A stretch of 64,000 nt of DNA from Berkelbacteria bacterium GW2011_GWE1_39_12 (GCA_001029735.1 CP011213.1:140087-204086), one strand, 5' to 3'; shown: positions 48,201 through 58,215, numbered from the stretch's first letter. Numbers and translations: made by a program. Notes: generated from the letters alone by a model not told the origin.

Positions 48201-48390
48201 AAGTTGCATGGGTTGACGAAAGGCTACCCGGAGAGCCATCGATCTTAGGTGCCGGATTGGATACGAATTTTAATGAAGCTGCTCCCGAATGATGTTGACT
48301 TTTATCAACAGTAACTGTCTTGTCTTTTTGAGGATTCAAATTCCAGCCAGTAAGCCCTGATTCAAACCCTGGATTAGTTAGTAAGTTCAA
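45223..48390 (-). CDS. Large secreted 1055 aa protein with an N-terminal CBM4_9-like module, a large central domain of unknown function and a C-terminal DUF11 domain.
   Basis: A signal anchor is present (RFIFVTVFLLLIIVIPFF). The CBM-like segment is NPGFESGLTGWN...HSGAASLKF. The C-terminal DUF11-like segment is GGIITYTVNFVNSVG...ATYKVKIN. Confidence 0.8.
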   Translation of the reverse strand: MNLLTNPGFESGLTGWNLNPQKDKTVTVDKSQHHSGAASLKFVSNPAPKIDGSPGSLSSTHATFSNQELPVNKNDYYEMSVFIKGGNGTEKIYFGWQELDSNNNSVGSWTSIISGGQIVTTDWKQYKGVNRIHSADTVKIKILFFGINRGTTYWDDFSLIGFNSKQFGCQNTIDSRCIKFSGLNSNSSVLSDNQGNKAMDAENFSGVITDSENVAYREVLAKKTVEIKIPAPKDFNANDSDMIVEIRYKDVFHYSDYITHNVLKGVTIQNKSPWFDSSTGSYFSGSYGFDNTGLYGNQAWLTGQTLFLNSKDNPKALKPIDGYYQFKITMPTLTLKDGDADPAFVIDYISINKLVQADSTAFIEFQKRTRVMRAAYLPDNNPAPAVAGNLTWFNSPSIELVLPYSKPSAQDTIKKPINAFSVIGEVEPINFSIYAKNNLKNLQFNIGSFSSSGNTILPANLSIKKVVYEERQWVGSIAGNTYGLLPDRLENFDKMDLNSDSLHHTQQFYLLVDLPKNQPGGMYSGNIDIMISGLKVDTIPITIDVLPVVLDSANHFNAISRNPYSNPTALTSKYQDLAIQNMVSHDMDTVIGNVSTITPMTGDGSSANPFKFNTESFNNTLNSSFEKGANQKLAMYQGLGGAATTIIKQLQKRDVNFTKSSALYDQLSDPLFVNAMGELVLELKQSMDNFNIQNKTNVTLILETSDEPGVDLTKRIQEDRIDRIIKAKGVKTFITYSSNANIELDCNEIDLCGSYTGKIPALAPLIDYRIYPVWHTGAIDNSGYLQGSEGYYTTYYSQLRDPVYNRFMSGLYAEKMDTKIIYNWVYYDNAGGDSFNDFDICSDRAFPRTAYDYVLAYPTWDGNINSSVSLEAMREGAKDGKYYATLQRLIDERLKINPNDQTAIKAKQFLENILSNVKSDWTKDYVNKKNDYGFGNEIIKSVSSTGNPTDYAVFDNIRKTMFNYIKQLGGGSVTIMADKAESSSGGIITYTVNFVNSVGTAIKNIKVNALIPNLTTYVANSASNSGSLINNEIIWNVNSLDIGKVFTATYKVKIN

Positions 48391-48567
48391 TGATTCATGC
48401 GCCGAAACTGATTGTGGTCCTTCGAAGTAGTCTGGGAAAAAAGGAATAACAATTATTAAGAGTAAAAAAACTGTAACAAAAATAAACCGAAAATGGCGGC
48501 GATTATAAATTGATGGTTTGCAGCTTAATTTCCCAAACTGTCTGATCTTCCCTCCTGAAGGCTTCCG

Positions 48568-49743
48568 CTACAAAGTTGATCCGAGTTTTACACTAACCTT
48601 ATTTTCTTTGCCTGCTCGAATAAATGTTAATTCTATAGTATCGCCCGGTTGAAAAGTTTGAATTTTGGAACTTAAGGGATTGTTTTGGTCAACGCGACCA
48701 CCATTAATTTCCGTAATCACGTCGCCATTTTTAAGACCAGCGTTTTCAGCACTGCTGCCCGAAGAAATTCCACCGCTTATCAGTGCACCGTGATCAACAG
48801 AAAGATTCTTCGAAGATGCTATTTCAGGCGTGACCATTACGTAGCTCACACCAAGCTGTGGACGGATAATTTTACCGTTTTTTTGGAATGAAATAATCGC
48901 AGTCTTAACCGTATTAACTGGAATAGCAAACCCAATACTTTGAGCATTGCTAGCCATGGCTGTATTTATACCAATAACCTGGCCGGCTAAATTAACTAAA
49001 GGACCACCAGAGTTTCCGGAATTAATAGCTGCGTCTGTTTGCAATAGATTTTCCAACTGCTCGCTTTGGCCGTTTGTCCCACCTGCAGTCAAGGCACGCT
49101 CCCTCGCTGAAATAACGCCAACCGTTACAGTATTCTGTAGTTGCCCTAAGGCATTGCCAATGGCAATCACCCACTGACCAATTTGTAATTTGTCGGAATC
49201 GCCTAAATCGACGACGGGCAAACCCTTGGCATCGATTTTCATAATAGATAAATCATTCGATGGGTCCTGCGCTACCACTTTACCATCGTATTTTTTTCCG
49301 TCGGCCGTAAAAACACTGTAGGTCGCACTAGTGTCGGACCCGACATGTTTATTTGTTAAAATATAACCGTCATTTGTAAAAACAAAGCCTGTTCCTGCCG
49401 ATTGTGACTGAGTAACTTGGCCAAAAAAATCTACCACATCTCTAGTGGAAGTAATAGAAACGACTGCCGGTGATACTTTTTTTGATGAATCGATGACAGC
49501 CGATGATTCCTCGAGAACTAACTTTTCTGTAGTAGTTTTGTTAATATTCAGCGTTTGCAAATCTATGCCTAATTTACTTTTTAAGGTTGGACTATAAGAG
49601 AGTAAAAATAAAGCCCCAGCTCCTCCGATCACTCCCATTACAAGCCCGATAATTAGCACTAAAACCACTAAACGATTGTTGCTATTTTTCCCTCTGTATC
49701 GGTGAGTTGTTTCATTGTCATCGAGATAAGTAATTTTTGGCAT
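48568..49743 (-). CDS. htrA: HtrA/DegP-family serine protease (trypsin-like domain plus PDZ).
   Basis: An N-terminal transmembrane anchor is followed by the catalytic triad context (TNKHV, D, GNSGGPLVN) and a C-terminal PDZ domain. Confidence 0.9.
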   Translation of the reverse strand: MPKITYLDDNETTHRYRGKNSNNRLVVLVLIIGLVMGVIGGAGALFLLSYSPTLKSKLGIDLQTLNINKTTTEKLVLEESSAVIDSSKKVSPAVVSITSTRDVVDFFGQVTQSQSAGTGFVFTNDGYILTNKHVGSDTSATYSVFTADGKKYDGKVVAQDPSNDLSIMKIDAKGLPVVDLGDSDKLQIGQWVIAIGNALGQLQNTVTVGVISARERALTAGGTNGQSEQLENLLQTDAAINSGNSGGPLVNLAGQVIGINTAMASNAQSIGFAIPVNTVKTAIISFQKNGKIIRPQLGVSYVMVTPEIASSKNLSVDHGALISGGISSGSSAENAGLKNGDVITEINGGRVDQNNPLSSKIQTFQPGDTIELTFIRAGKENKVSVKLGSTL

Positions 49744-49822
49744 AAATCTCCTTTATTCCGTCTATATAATTGTATCAATATTTAACGTATTAAAAAATGC
49801 TGAAAATAAGCTGAAATAGCGC

Positions 49823-50077
49823 TCAGTTTTTCTTTTCTTCTTTTTCTGTTTCCTCTTGAGTCGCTTTTCCCAGAAAGTAGGTCACGATAACAGCAACAAC
49901 AGTGACAACAAGCGCATAATATATTTTACTACGAACACCGTTGCCTGGCTCAATAAATTTATCAATCAAGGCCTGAATTGCAGTGTTCCATGCAAGGGCT
50001 GCCACAAACCCAAAAGCTGCCGTAGCCAACTGTGTCATAGTTTTTAAAAACTCACTGCGGAGGGTTGGTTTAGCCAT
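49823..50077 (-). CDS. Small protein, 84 aa, with a C-terminal transmembrane helix.
   Basis: It is an intact ORF, and the recurrent CGCGGAATTTT element lies ~20 nt upstream. Confidence 0.5.
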   Translation of the reverse strand: MAKPTLRSEFLKTMTQLATAAFGFVAALAWNTAIQALIDKFIEPGNGVRSKIYYALVVTVVAVIVTYFLGKATQEETEKEEKKN

Positions 50078-50112
50078 TTATATTTTCTTTCAAGGAAAAT
50101 TCCGCGGCAAGT

Positions 50113-51522
50113 TTACTTGCCCATTCTTTCATTTAAAATCTGATTCACAATCGCCGGATTGGCCTGACCTTTTGTTTTCTGCATCACAAGCCCGACCAAG
50201 TATCCTCTTACGCCGTCCTTACCTGCTTTAATATCAGCAACGGGTTTTGGATTTTCGAGGATTATTTTATCAATTATTTTTCCTAACTCATCTTCGTCGC
50301 CGACTTGCTTTAGGCCTTTTTCTTCAACAATTTCTTGAGCTCCTCTACCATTTTCTAACATTTCAGGAAAAATTTCTTTGGCGATTTTACCAGAAATGGT
50401 ACCATCTTGAATCATTTGTATCATTTCGGTTAATTTTTCCGGGGATATATTTAAAATGCCTTCAAGTTTTAATTCATTGATAACCCAGTTTGCGGCTAAT
50501 TTTGGGTCAGCGTTTTTAGCTACTTTCTCAAAATATTCCGCCATTTGCTTATCTTCGGCTAAAATTTCAGCGTCCTGAAGTTTTATGCCCAACTCATTAA
50601 CATAACGATGTCTTTTTTGGGCAGGTAATTCAGGTAGCTTGCTTTTTATTTTTTCAAAATCAAAGGCTTGTTTAACTTCAAAAGGCGGCAAATCCGGTTC
50701 TGGAAAATAACGATAATCTTGGGCAAATTCTTTGGATCGCTGCGAATAAGTCACACCTTTGGCATCATCCCAACCACGGGTTTCTTTGGCAATTTTTTCT
50801 CCGCCAGCTGGCGGATTTTCCAATAGTTCTCTTTGCCTTTTTTCTTCGTAGCTTAATGCCCGTTCAATCATTTTAAAGGAGTTCATGTTTTTTATCTCTA
50901 CCGGAATTCCTTCAACACCATCGACTTCAACACTAATGTTTCCATCACATCGCAAATGACCCTTTTCCATATCAGCACTAGAAACGCCCAAATAACGCAT
51001 AATTGATCTTAACTCTTGTAAGAATATTTTCGCTTCTTGTGGCGAGGAAATATCTGGTTCGGTGACAATTTCCATTAAAGGAGTGCCGGCGCGATTTAAA
51101 TCAACAAGCGAAGATCCGTCTGCATGCAAAAGTTTTCCCGCATCTTCTTCAAGATGAATACGACGTAGATTAATCTTCCTTGCTTTATCACCATTAACTA
51201 TTTCTAAATAGCCACCAATGCAAAACGGCAAATCAAACTGAGAGACCTGATAGCCTTTAGGTAAATCCGGATAAAAATAATGTTTACGGTCAAACTTTGA
51301 AAAGTCGGCGATCTCACAATTTAAGGCAAGGCCAGAAAGCAGCGTCCATTCGATTGCCTGACGATTAGCAACTGGCAAAACACCCGGTAAGCCCAAACAA
51401 ACAGGGCACACTAAAGAATTAGGACTTGCCCCTTCAGCATTATTATCGCAACCGCAAAACATTTTTGATTTAGTTTTGAGCTGAACGTGAATTTCCAGCC
51501 CGATAACAGTTTTTAGATTCAT
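50113..51522 (-). CDS. gatB: Asp-tRNA(Asn)/Glu-tRNA(Gln) amidotransferase subunit B.
   Basis: The GatB N-terminus (MNLKTVIGLEIHVQL) and a C-terminal YqeY-like domain are present. Confidence 0.95.
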   Translation of the reverse strand: MNLKTVIGLEIHVQLKTKSKMFCGCDNNAEGASPNSLVCPVCLGLPGVLPVANRQAIEWTLLSGLALNCEIADFSKFDRKHYFYPDLPKGYQVSQFDLPFCIGGYLEIVNGDKARKINLRRIHLEEDAGKLLHADGSSLVDLNRAGTPLMEIVTEPDISSPQEAKIFLQELRSIMRYLGVSSADMEKGHLRCDGNISVEVDGVEGIPVEIKNMNSFKMIERALSYEEKRQRELLENPPAGGEKIAKETRGWDDAKGVTYSQRSKEFAQDYRYFPEPDLPPFEVKQAFDFEKIKSKLPELPAQKRHRYVNELGIKLQDAEILAEDKQMAEYFEKVAKNADPKLAANWVINELKLEGILNISPEKLTEMIQMIQDGTISGKIAKEIFPEMLENGRGAQEIVEEKGLKQVGDEDELGKIIDKIILENPKPVADIKAGKDGVRGYLVGLVMQKTKGQANPAIVNQILNERMGK

Positions 51523-52055
51523 TTTAATAACTCTTCTATCGCTTTTTTAAAATTATTTATTACATCTTTCGCCATATAATCCATTAATTGATACTCCGCA
51601 TTGTGCACTATTTCATTTCTGACTTTGTGCGCTTTCCAAGCTGCGTCATAACCCTCTGGACTGAATCGATTTTTAGACGCTTTCAAGCGATCCCCCATCG
51701 TTAAGCCCGGTGCTCTAAAACTTTTTAAAACATGGTCTAATAATTTATCACCCTCCAAAACTGCACGGGAAAAATTCGATTGGCCACCAAGCTGTAGCAA
51801 TTGATCCATTTCTGCGTATTTTTCTTTTACAAAAGCTTGATCTAATGATGTCGCTGCTTGGCCTTGGTGAAACTTTCTTTTGCCAAATAATAATCTAAAC
51901 GGCAAAGAAATTAACCACCACAAGCCTTTCAAAAAGCCTTCGATAACTTTCTGTTCCGTAGATTTTTCACTTCTATAATTATTTCTATAATTTTTATTGT
52001 TATTATAATTGTTATTGTATTTGTGCACGCGGTAACTCATTTCTGTTACTTTCAA
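51519..52055 (-). CDS. Hypothetical 178 aa protein inserted between gatA and gatB, with an Asn/Tyr-rich N-terminus and one transmembrane helix.
   Basis: It overlaps gatA by 44 nt and gatB by 4 nt. No family is recognised. Confidence 0.5.
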   Translation of the reverse strand: MKVTEMSYRVHKYNNNYNNNKNYRNNYRSEKSTEQKVIEGFLKGLWWLISLPFRLLFGKRKFHQGQAATSLDQAFVKEKYAEMDQLLQLGGQSNFSRAVLEGDKLLDHVLKSFRAPGLTMGDRLKASKNRFSPEGYDAAWKAHKVRNEIVHNAEYQLMDYMAKDVINNFKKAIEELLK

Positions 52056-53469
52056 AAGTATTAGCCAACTGTAAAATATCTAAATCAGACATCTGTGGGC
52101 CAATGACTTGCAAGCCAACTGGCAAGCCGTTTACTAAGCCAGCTGGAACACTCATTGCCGGAATACCAGCTAAGTTCACACTAATTGTATAGATGTCCGA
52201 CAAATACATCGCTAATGGATCATCTGATTTTTCACCGATTTTAAAAGCGGTAGTTGGCGAAACTGGACCCAAAATAAAATCCACTTCTTTAAATGCGTTA
52301 TCAAAATCTTGTTTAATTAAGCTGCGGACTTTCTGAGCTTTATTATAAAATTTGCCGATATAACCAGCGCTGGAAGTATATGTTCCAAGCATAATTCGGC
52401 GCTTCACTTCTTCGCCCAAAGCTTCGGATCGACTTTTGAAGTATGTATCGATTAAGTTTTCGGCATCTTTTGCCGAAAACCCGTATTTAATGCCGTCATA
52501 ACGAGCCATATTCGAAGAAACTTCCACTGGCATAATTATATAGTAGCAAGAAAGAGCGTATTTGGCGTTCGGTAAACTAATATCAACAATTTCTGCACCA
52601 AGTTTCTTTAGGCTTTCGACTGATTCATCAATAATTTTTTTAACTTCAGGATTCAATCCTTCAGCAAAATATTCCTTTGGAATTCCGATTCTGAGATCGT
52701 TAATATTTTTATTATTGGCAGTTAGTTCTTTTTCCAAACTGGTACTATCTTTTTCATCGTAGCCATTAATAATGCCAAATAACAATTTTGCATCTTCGGC
52801 GGTTTTTGTGATTGGCCCAATTTGATCCAGCGATGAAGCCATAGCAAATAAGCCAAAACGACTCACTGTGCCATAAGTTGGCTTCAAACCGTTTACACCA
52901 CAAAGCGATGCTGGTTGGCGAATTGAGCCGCCAGTGTCAGAACCTAGCGCAGCCAAACAAAGATCAGCCGCCACAGCGGCAGCAGAACCACCACTTGAAC
53001 CACCAGGCACTCTTTCTGAATCCCATGGATTTTTAGTAACTTGAAAAGCGGAATTTTCCGTTGAAGAACCCATGGCAAATTCGTCCATGTTGGTTTTACC
53101 TAATATAATCACGCCGGCATTTTTAAGTTTACTGATAACAGTAGCATTGTATGGTGGCAAAAAATTTTCTAAAATTTTACTAGCCGATGCTGTCTTTTCC
53201 CCCTCCATCGCTAAATTATCTTTCACAGCAATTGGACAGCCATCTATTTCGCTTAGTGTTGCCCCATTTCTTCTACGCTCATCTGATTCTTTTGCTTCCT
53301 TCAAAGCAGTATCGGTAAAAACCTCTAAATATGCATCAATTTTTGGATTAATATTTTCAATTCGTCTTAAAAAAGCTTCCGTCAATTCAACGGAAGTAAT
53401 TTCTTCGTTTTTCAATAAGTCAGATGCTTCTAATAAGGTTAATTGATAGAGTTCTTTAGACATTTTCAA
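52012..53469 (-). CDS. gatA: Glutamyl-tRNA(Gln) amidotransferase subunit A.
   Basis: The amidase signature with GGSSGGSAAAVAA and the catalytic Ser-cisSer-Lys context are present. Confidence 0.95.
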   Translation of the reverse strand: MKMSKELYQLTLLEASDLLKNEEITSVELTEAFLRRIENINPKIDAYLEVFTDTALKEAKESDERRRNGATLSEIDGCPIAVKDNLAMEGEKTASASKILENFLPPYNATVISKLKNAGVIILGKTNMDEFAMGSSTENSAFQVTKNPWDSERVPGGSSGGSAAAVAADLCLAALGSDTGGSIRQPASLCGVNGLKPTYGTVSRFGLFAMASSLDQIGPITKTAEDAKLLFGIINGYDEKDSTSLEKELTANNKNINDLRIGIPKEYFAEGLNPEVKKIIDESVESLKKLGAEIVDISLPNAKYALSCYYIIMPVEVSSNMARYDGIKYGFSAKDAENLIDTYFKSRSEALGEEVKRRIMLGTYTSSAGYIGKFYNKAQKVRSLIKQDFDNAFKEVDFILGPVSPTTAFKIGEKSDDPLAMYLSDIYTISVNLAGIPAMSVPAGLVNGLPVGLQVIGPQMSDLDILQLANTFESNRNELPRAQIQ

Positions 53470-53839
53470 AAACTTTCCTTACTTTAATGAAGCCGTCGTG
53501 TTTTTCCGGCGCATTTAACAATACTTTTTCATTCGGTAAGCTCTCTGCAACTTCGTCGATTCTGGCAATATTTTTAAGCCCTGAAATTTGTGAAATTGTT
53601 TCAACATTTTCCGTCGGAGCTGTCTCTAGTTCATCGACATAATCCAAAATGGCCGATATTTCTTCGGTAAATTTTTCTTTTTTCTCGTCAGTAAATTCAA
53701 TTCTTGATAGTTGAGCAATATGCTCAACATCTTCTTTTTTTAAAGACAAATCTTCCTCTTTATTAATATCTTTTGTCCTTTCGATTAATATCTTATCATA
53801 TCGCATAACTCCAATCAACAACAGATAAGATATTGACAC
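53456..53839 (-). CDS. gatC: Asp/Glu-tRNA amidotransferase subunit C; the true start is probably the internal Met (~53806).
   Basis: The GatC-like sequence (DVEHIAQLSRIEFTDEKKEKFTEEISAILDYVDEL...LNAP...F.V.KV) is present, and the ORF overlaps the gatA start. Confidence 0.8.
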   Translation of the reverse strand: MSISYLLLIGVMRYDKILIERTKDINKEEDLSLKKEDVEHIAQLSRIEFTDEKKEKFTEEISAILDYVDELETAPTENVETISQISGLKNIARIDEVAESLPNEKVLLNAPEKHDGFIKVRKVFENV

Positions 53840-53860
53840 TTGAGCAAATTATTGTTATGA
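53832..53860 (+). promoter_or_regulatory. Sigma70 promoter: TTGACA-17 nt-TATGAT.
   Basis: The -35 box TTGACA is at 53832..53837 and the -10 box TATGAT at 53855..53860. The AAGGAGG ribosome-binding site at 53905..53911 lies 9 nt from the TTG start at 53921. Confidence 0.5.
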
Positions 53861-53920
53861 TATATTTTTGCACTGAATCCCGTGTAAGAAAAAGACCACA
53901 AATCAAGGAGGAATTTCAGT

Positions 53921-54325
53921 TTGACAGCAATGACAGCTAACGGGACCATGGCAGTAGAGATATCAACAGCTTTTCCGATCAGCATTACACTTTCGACCGA
54001 TCTCATCGATGGAATACGTGTCATCAATGTCGGTGGAGAGGTCGACGTTTACACGGCACAAAGCTTGATTGAACTAATCCAACAAGAGATCGCTGATGGT
54101 CAACATAGGCTGATCTTGGATCTCAGTGGCATTGATTTCATCGACGTCCATGGATTAGGCACTATAACAGGAATCTACAAACGACTTCAAGAACACAACG
54201 GACAGCTTCGCCTTGCAGGGATAACTCCGCGACTGCAGCGGATATTTGAAGTGATCGGCCTCGATAAGATTTTTGTTTGCCTACCGGATGTCCACGCAGC
54301 AGCATCACATCTATTGGCTAACTGA
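53921..54325 (+). CDS. STAS-domain protein (anti-sigma-factor antagonist family), paralog 1, with a TTG start.
   Basis: The STAS fold has DLSGIDFIDVHGLGTI, in which Val-His replaces the usual phosphorylatable Ser-Ser. Confidence 0.8.
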   Translation: MTAMTANGTMAVEISTAFPISITLSTDLIDGIRVINVGGEVDVYTAQSLIELIQQEIADGQHRLILDLSGIDFIDVHGLGTITGIYKRLQEHNGQLRLAGITPRLQRIFEVIGLDKIFVCLPDVHAAASHLLAN

Positions 54326-54349
54326 CAGCTTGTATTGAAGGAGTCATAA

Positions 54350-54718
54350 ATGAAGTTAGGGACACGCACGATTGGAGAAGGTATTTGCGTAATCGATGTG
54401 AGCGGCGAAATTGATGTTTATACCTCTCCACGGCTCAAACAACAGATTAACGGTTGTTTTAATAACCGTCAGTACAGAATCGTCGTAAATTTAACCGAAG
54501 CTGAATACTTGGACGCCTCGGCCCTCGGAATACTGATTAGTGGACTTAAAGGGTGTAGAGAACAAAACGGTACGCTCTTGCTGATCTGCCCCAAACCAAG
54601 AGTCTTGAAGATCTTCGAAATTACTGGTTTGAATAAGATCTTCGAAATTTTTCTGACAACCGAAGAAGCGCTCGAAAAAATCGGCGCAACCGAACAAGCT
54701 TCCCCAGCACCCGCCTAA
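54350..54718 (+). CDS. STAS-domain protein (anti-sigma-factor antagonist family), paralog 2.
   Basis: The STAS fold has NLTEAEYLDASALGIL. AAGGAG lies upstream of the ATG. Confidence 0.8.
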   Translation: MKLGTRTIGEGICVIDVSGEIDVYTSPRLKQQINGCFNNRQYRIVVNLTEAEYLDASALGILISGLKGCREQNGTLLLICPKPRVLKIFEITGLNKIFEIFLTTEEALEKIGATEQASPAPA

Positions 54719-54738
54719 TTATTATGGCGGGTTTTTTA
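54710..54738 (+). terminator. Intrinsic terminator overlapping the STAS-2 stop codon.
   Basis: CCCGCC-TAATTATTAT-GGCGGG is followed by TTTTTT. Confidence 0.5.
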
Positions 54739-54739
54739 A

Positions 54740-54768
54740 TTGACTTTTATCTTAAAAAGAACTATAAT
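54740..54768 (+). promoter_or_regulatory. Consensus sigma70 promoter: TTGACT-17 nt-TATAAT.
   Basis: The -35 box TTGACT is at 54740..54745 and the -10 box TATAAT at 54763..54768. The AGGAGG ribosome-binding site at 54784..54789 lies 6 nt from the TTG start at 54796. Confidence 0.5.
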
Positions 54769-54795
54769 TTTTCTGTATTTCGCAGGAGGTGCACC

Positions 54796-55617
54796 TTGAA
54801 AGATAAGAAAAAGAAAAGAAGATACTTTCCGATCCTTAGGGCAGTGGATATTTTCCACTGGATCAGCGTTGGTATTTTTCCATTCGAACAAGTCGGAGAT
54901 TCCACTATCATCTCTTTGACCGCTGGTAAAACAGTTAGACAAACATGGCTTCACCGAACAAAGGGTGGCAGAATTATCAAGAAAAGCTACTCTCGTTATC
55001 TAAAAAAGGGGATCTTTTTATCCCCTGTCTGGAAACGTGTTCATGATTGGGAAACCCAGTTTTACAAGGAAAACGGCATAGCGCTAGATTCCATCGGTAT
55101 CTTTTTCTTCCGTGATCACTACAGCCGGCTTTGCTATAACCGTGTGAATAGTTTAGATGCGGCCCAAAGACAACAAGGCCACATAGCCGAATGGTATTTG
55201 ACAGGCACTAAGTTCCAAGTGTCTGAATTTACCGATATGGCTGCCATCATCGATAAGGTTACAAATATTGTAGCTATTTCCGAAGATCGACAGATAGAGC
55301 TGACGAGTTTACAGCTATTTCTTGAACATCGCCTGGAAGGTCACCGGCGTCGACTCCAATCCTTCGTTGATCACTCGCCTTTCTTTCAAGGCAAGCAAAC
55401 TGAGATGGCCAAGGGCGCAATTGGCAATTCCCTGCTTCAAATCGCGGCTGACATCAATCAGTTCAATTTCCGGAACGCATACCCAAGACTTAAAGTGGCT
55501 AACCGCGCACTGAAAAAGGCCTACGGCAATATGTATGCCGGTCATTACGATTCAGCCAAAGTGCTGATCCTCGGCGCTATCAAATACATGATCTATCCAG
55601 ATCCAACACCAGGTTAA
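54796..55617 (+). CDS. Hypothetical 274 aa protein with a TTG start, downstream of the STAS pair.
   Basis: The start is re-assigned from the track's 54724 (an ATG inside the terminator hairpin) to the TTG at 54796, which has a good ribosome-binding site. No motif is recognised. Confidence 0.55.
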   Translation: MKDKKKKRRYFPILRAVDIFHWISVGIFPFEQVGDSTIISLTAGKTVRQTWLHRTKGGRIIKKSYSRYLKKGIFLSPVWKRVHDWETQFYKENGIALDSIGIFFFRDHYSRLCYNRVNSLDAAQRQQGHIAEWYLTGTKFQVSEFTDMAAIIDKVTNIVAISEDRQIELTSLQLFLEHRLEGHRRRLQSFVDHSPFFQGKQTEMAKGAIGNSLLQIAADINQFNFRNAYPRLKVANRALKKAYGNMYAGHYDSAKVLILGAIKYMIYPDPTPG

Positions 55618-55631
55618 CACCTGGTTTTTTA
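55605..55631 (+). terminator. Intrinsic terminator.
   Basis: CCAGGT-TAAC-ACCTGG is followed by TTTTTT, and the stop codon sits in the loop. Confidence 0.6.
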
Positions 55632-55634
55632 GTA

Positions 55635-57650
<2,016 letters not shown>

Positions 57651-57896
57651 TTAATTTTAACCCTTAAAATCAAAAAAATCCATATTGCTTGTTTAAAAAA
57701 CCGTAGAAATAATCTACGGTTAAAATTAGTCGTAAGTCGGATTGATAATATGCTCGACATCGGTAGTACCGGAAAAATTCGCGATTACGCGAGCCATCAT
57801 CGGTATTTCTGGCGACTCGCCTTTCTCTGGCTGGTCTTCTGTCTCTACTTTCTTAGGCTCTTCCATGATCACCTTCCAGCAGAAAATGAATCAGAA

Positions 57897-57930
57897 GTAA
57901 AAAGTTGCGGGCGCAATGACACACGCCCGC
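57897..57930 (-). terminator. Intrinsic terminator for ORF 57943..58215.
   Basis: The stem GCGGGCG/CGCCCGC with a 10 nt loop is followed by a T-run on the minus strand. Confidence 0.5.
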
Positions 57931-57942
57931 GACTGATTCGCA

Positions 57943-58215
57943 TCACGTGATTTCAGCTCGTCTTGAGCCGTGAAAGATCCTATCGTACAAACAGGCAACC
58001 TTCTCCCACAACGACATTTCTGGCGGTGTATACTTCTTGTCGCCCTTGTTGTCGAAATAATGCTGAAGGTCACGAAGCAAGCTGACTTTCTGTTCTTCAT
58101 TCAGATCTTTTGTGCGTCGAACGTGGGCCGCGTAGAGATGCTGCTGAATAATATCAATCGCCTCGTTTGCCGTTTGCTGATTCACATCAGGAGCTGCTTG
58201 ATACATTTTCCTCAT
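57943..58215 (-). CDS. Hypothetical protein, 90 aa.
   Basis: It lies in a GC-richer islet and overlaps the upstream ORF by 4 nt (ATGA). Confidence 0.45.
   Translation of the reverse strand: MRKMYQAAPDVNQQTANEAIDIIQQHLYAAHVRRTKDLNEEQKVSLLRDLQHYFDNKGDKKYTPPEMSLWEKVACLYDRIFHGSRRAEIT

Noticed and set aside
54724-54795. ATG start at 54724 given in the ORF track for the 297 aa protein.
   Set aside because: That ATG sits inside the terminator hairpin of the upstream STAS gene and precedes the TTGACT-17-TATAAT promoter. The TTG at 54796, with an AGGAGG site 6 nt upstream, is the more plausible start.
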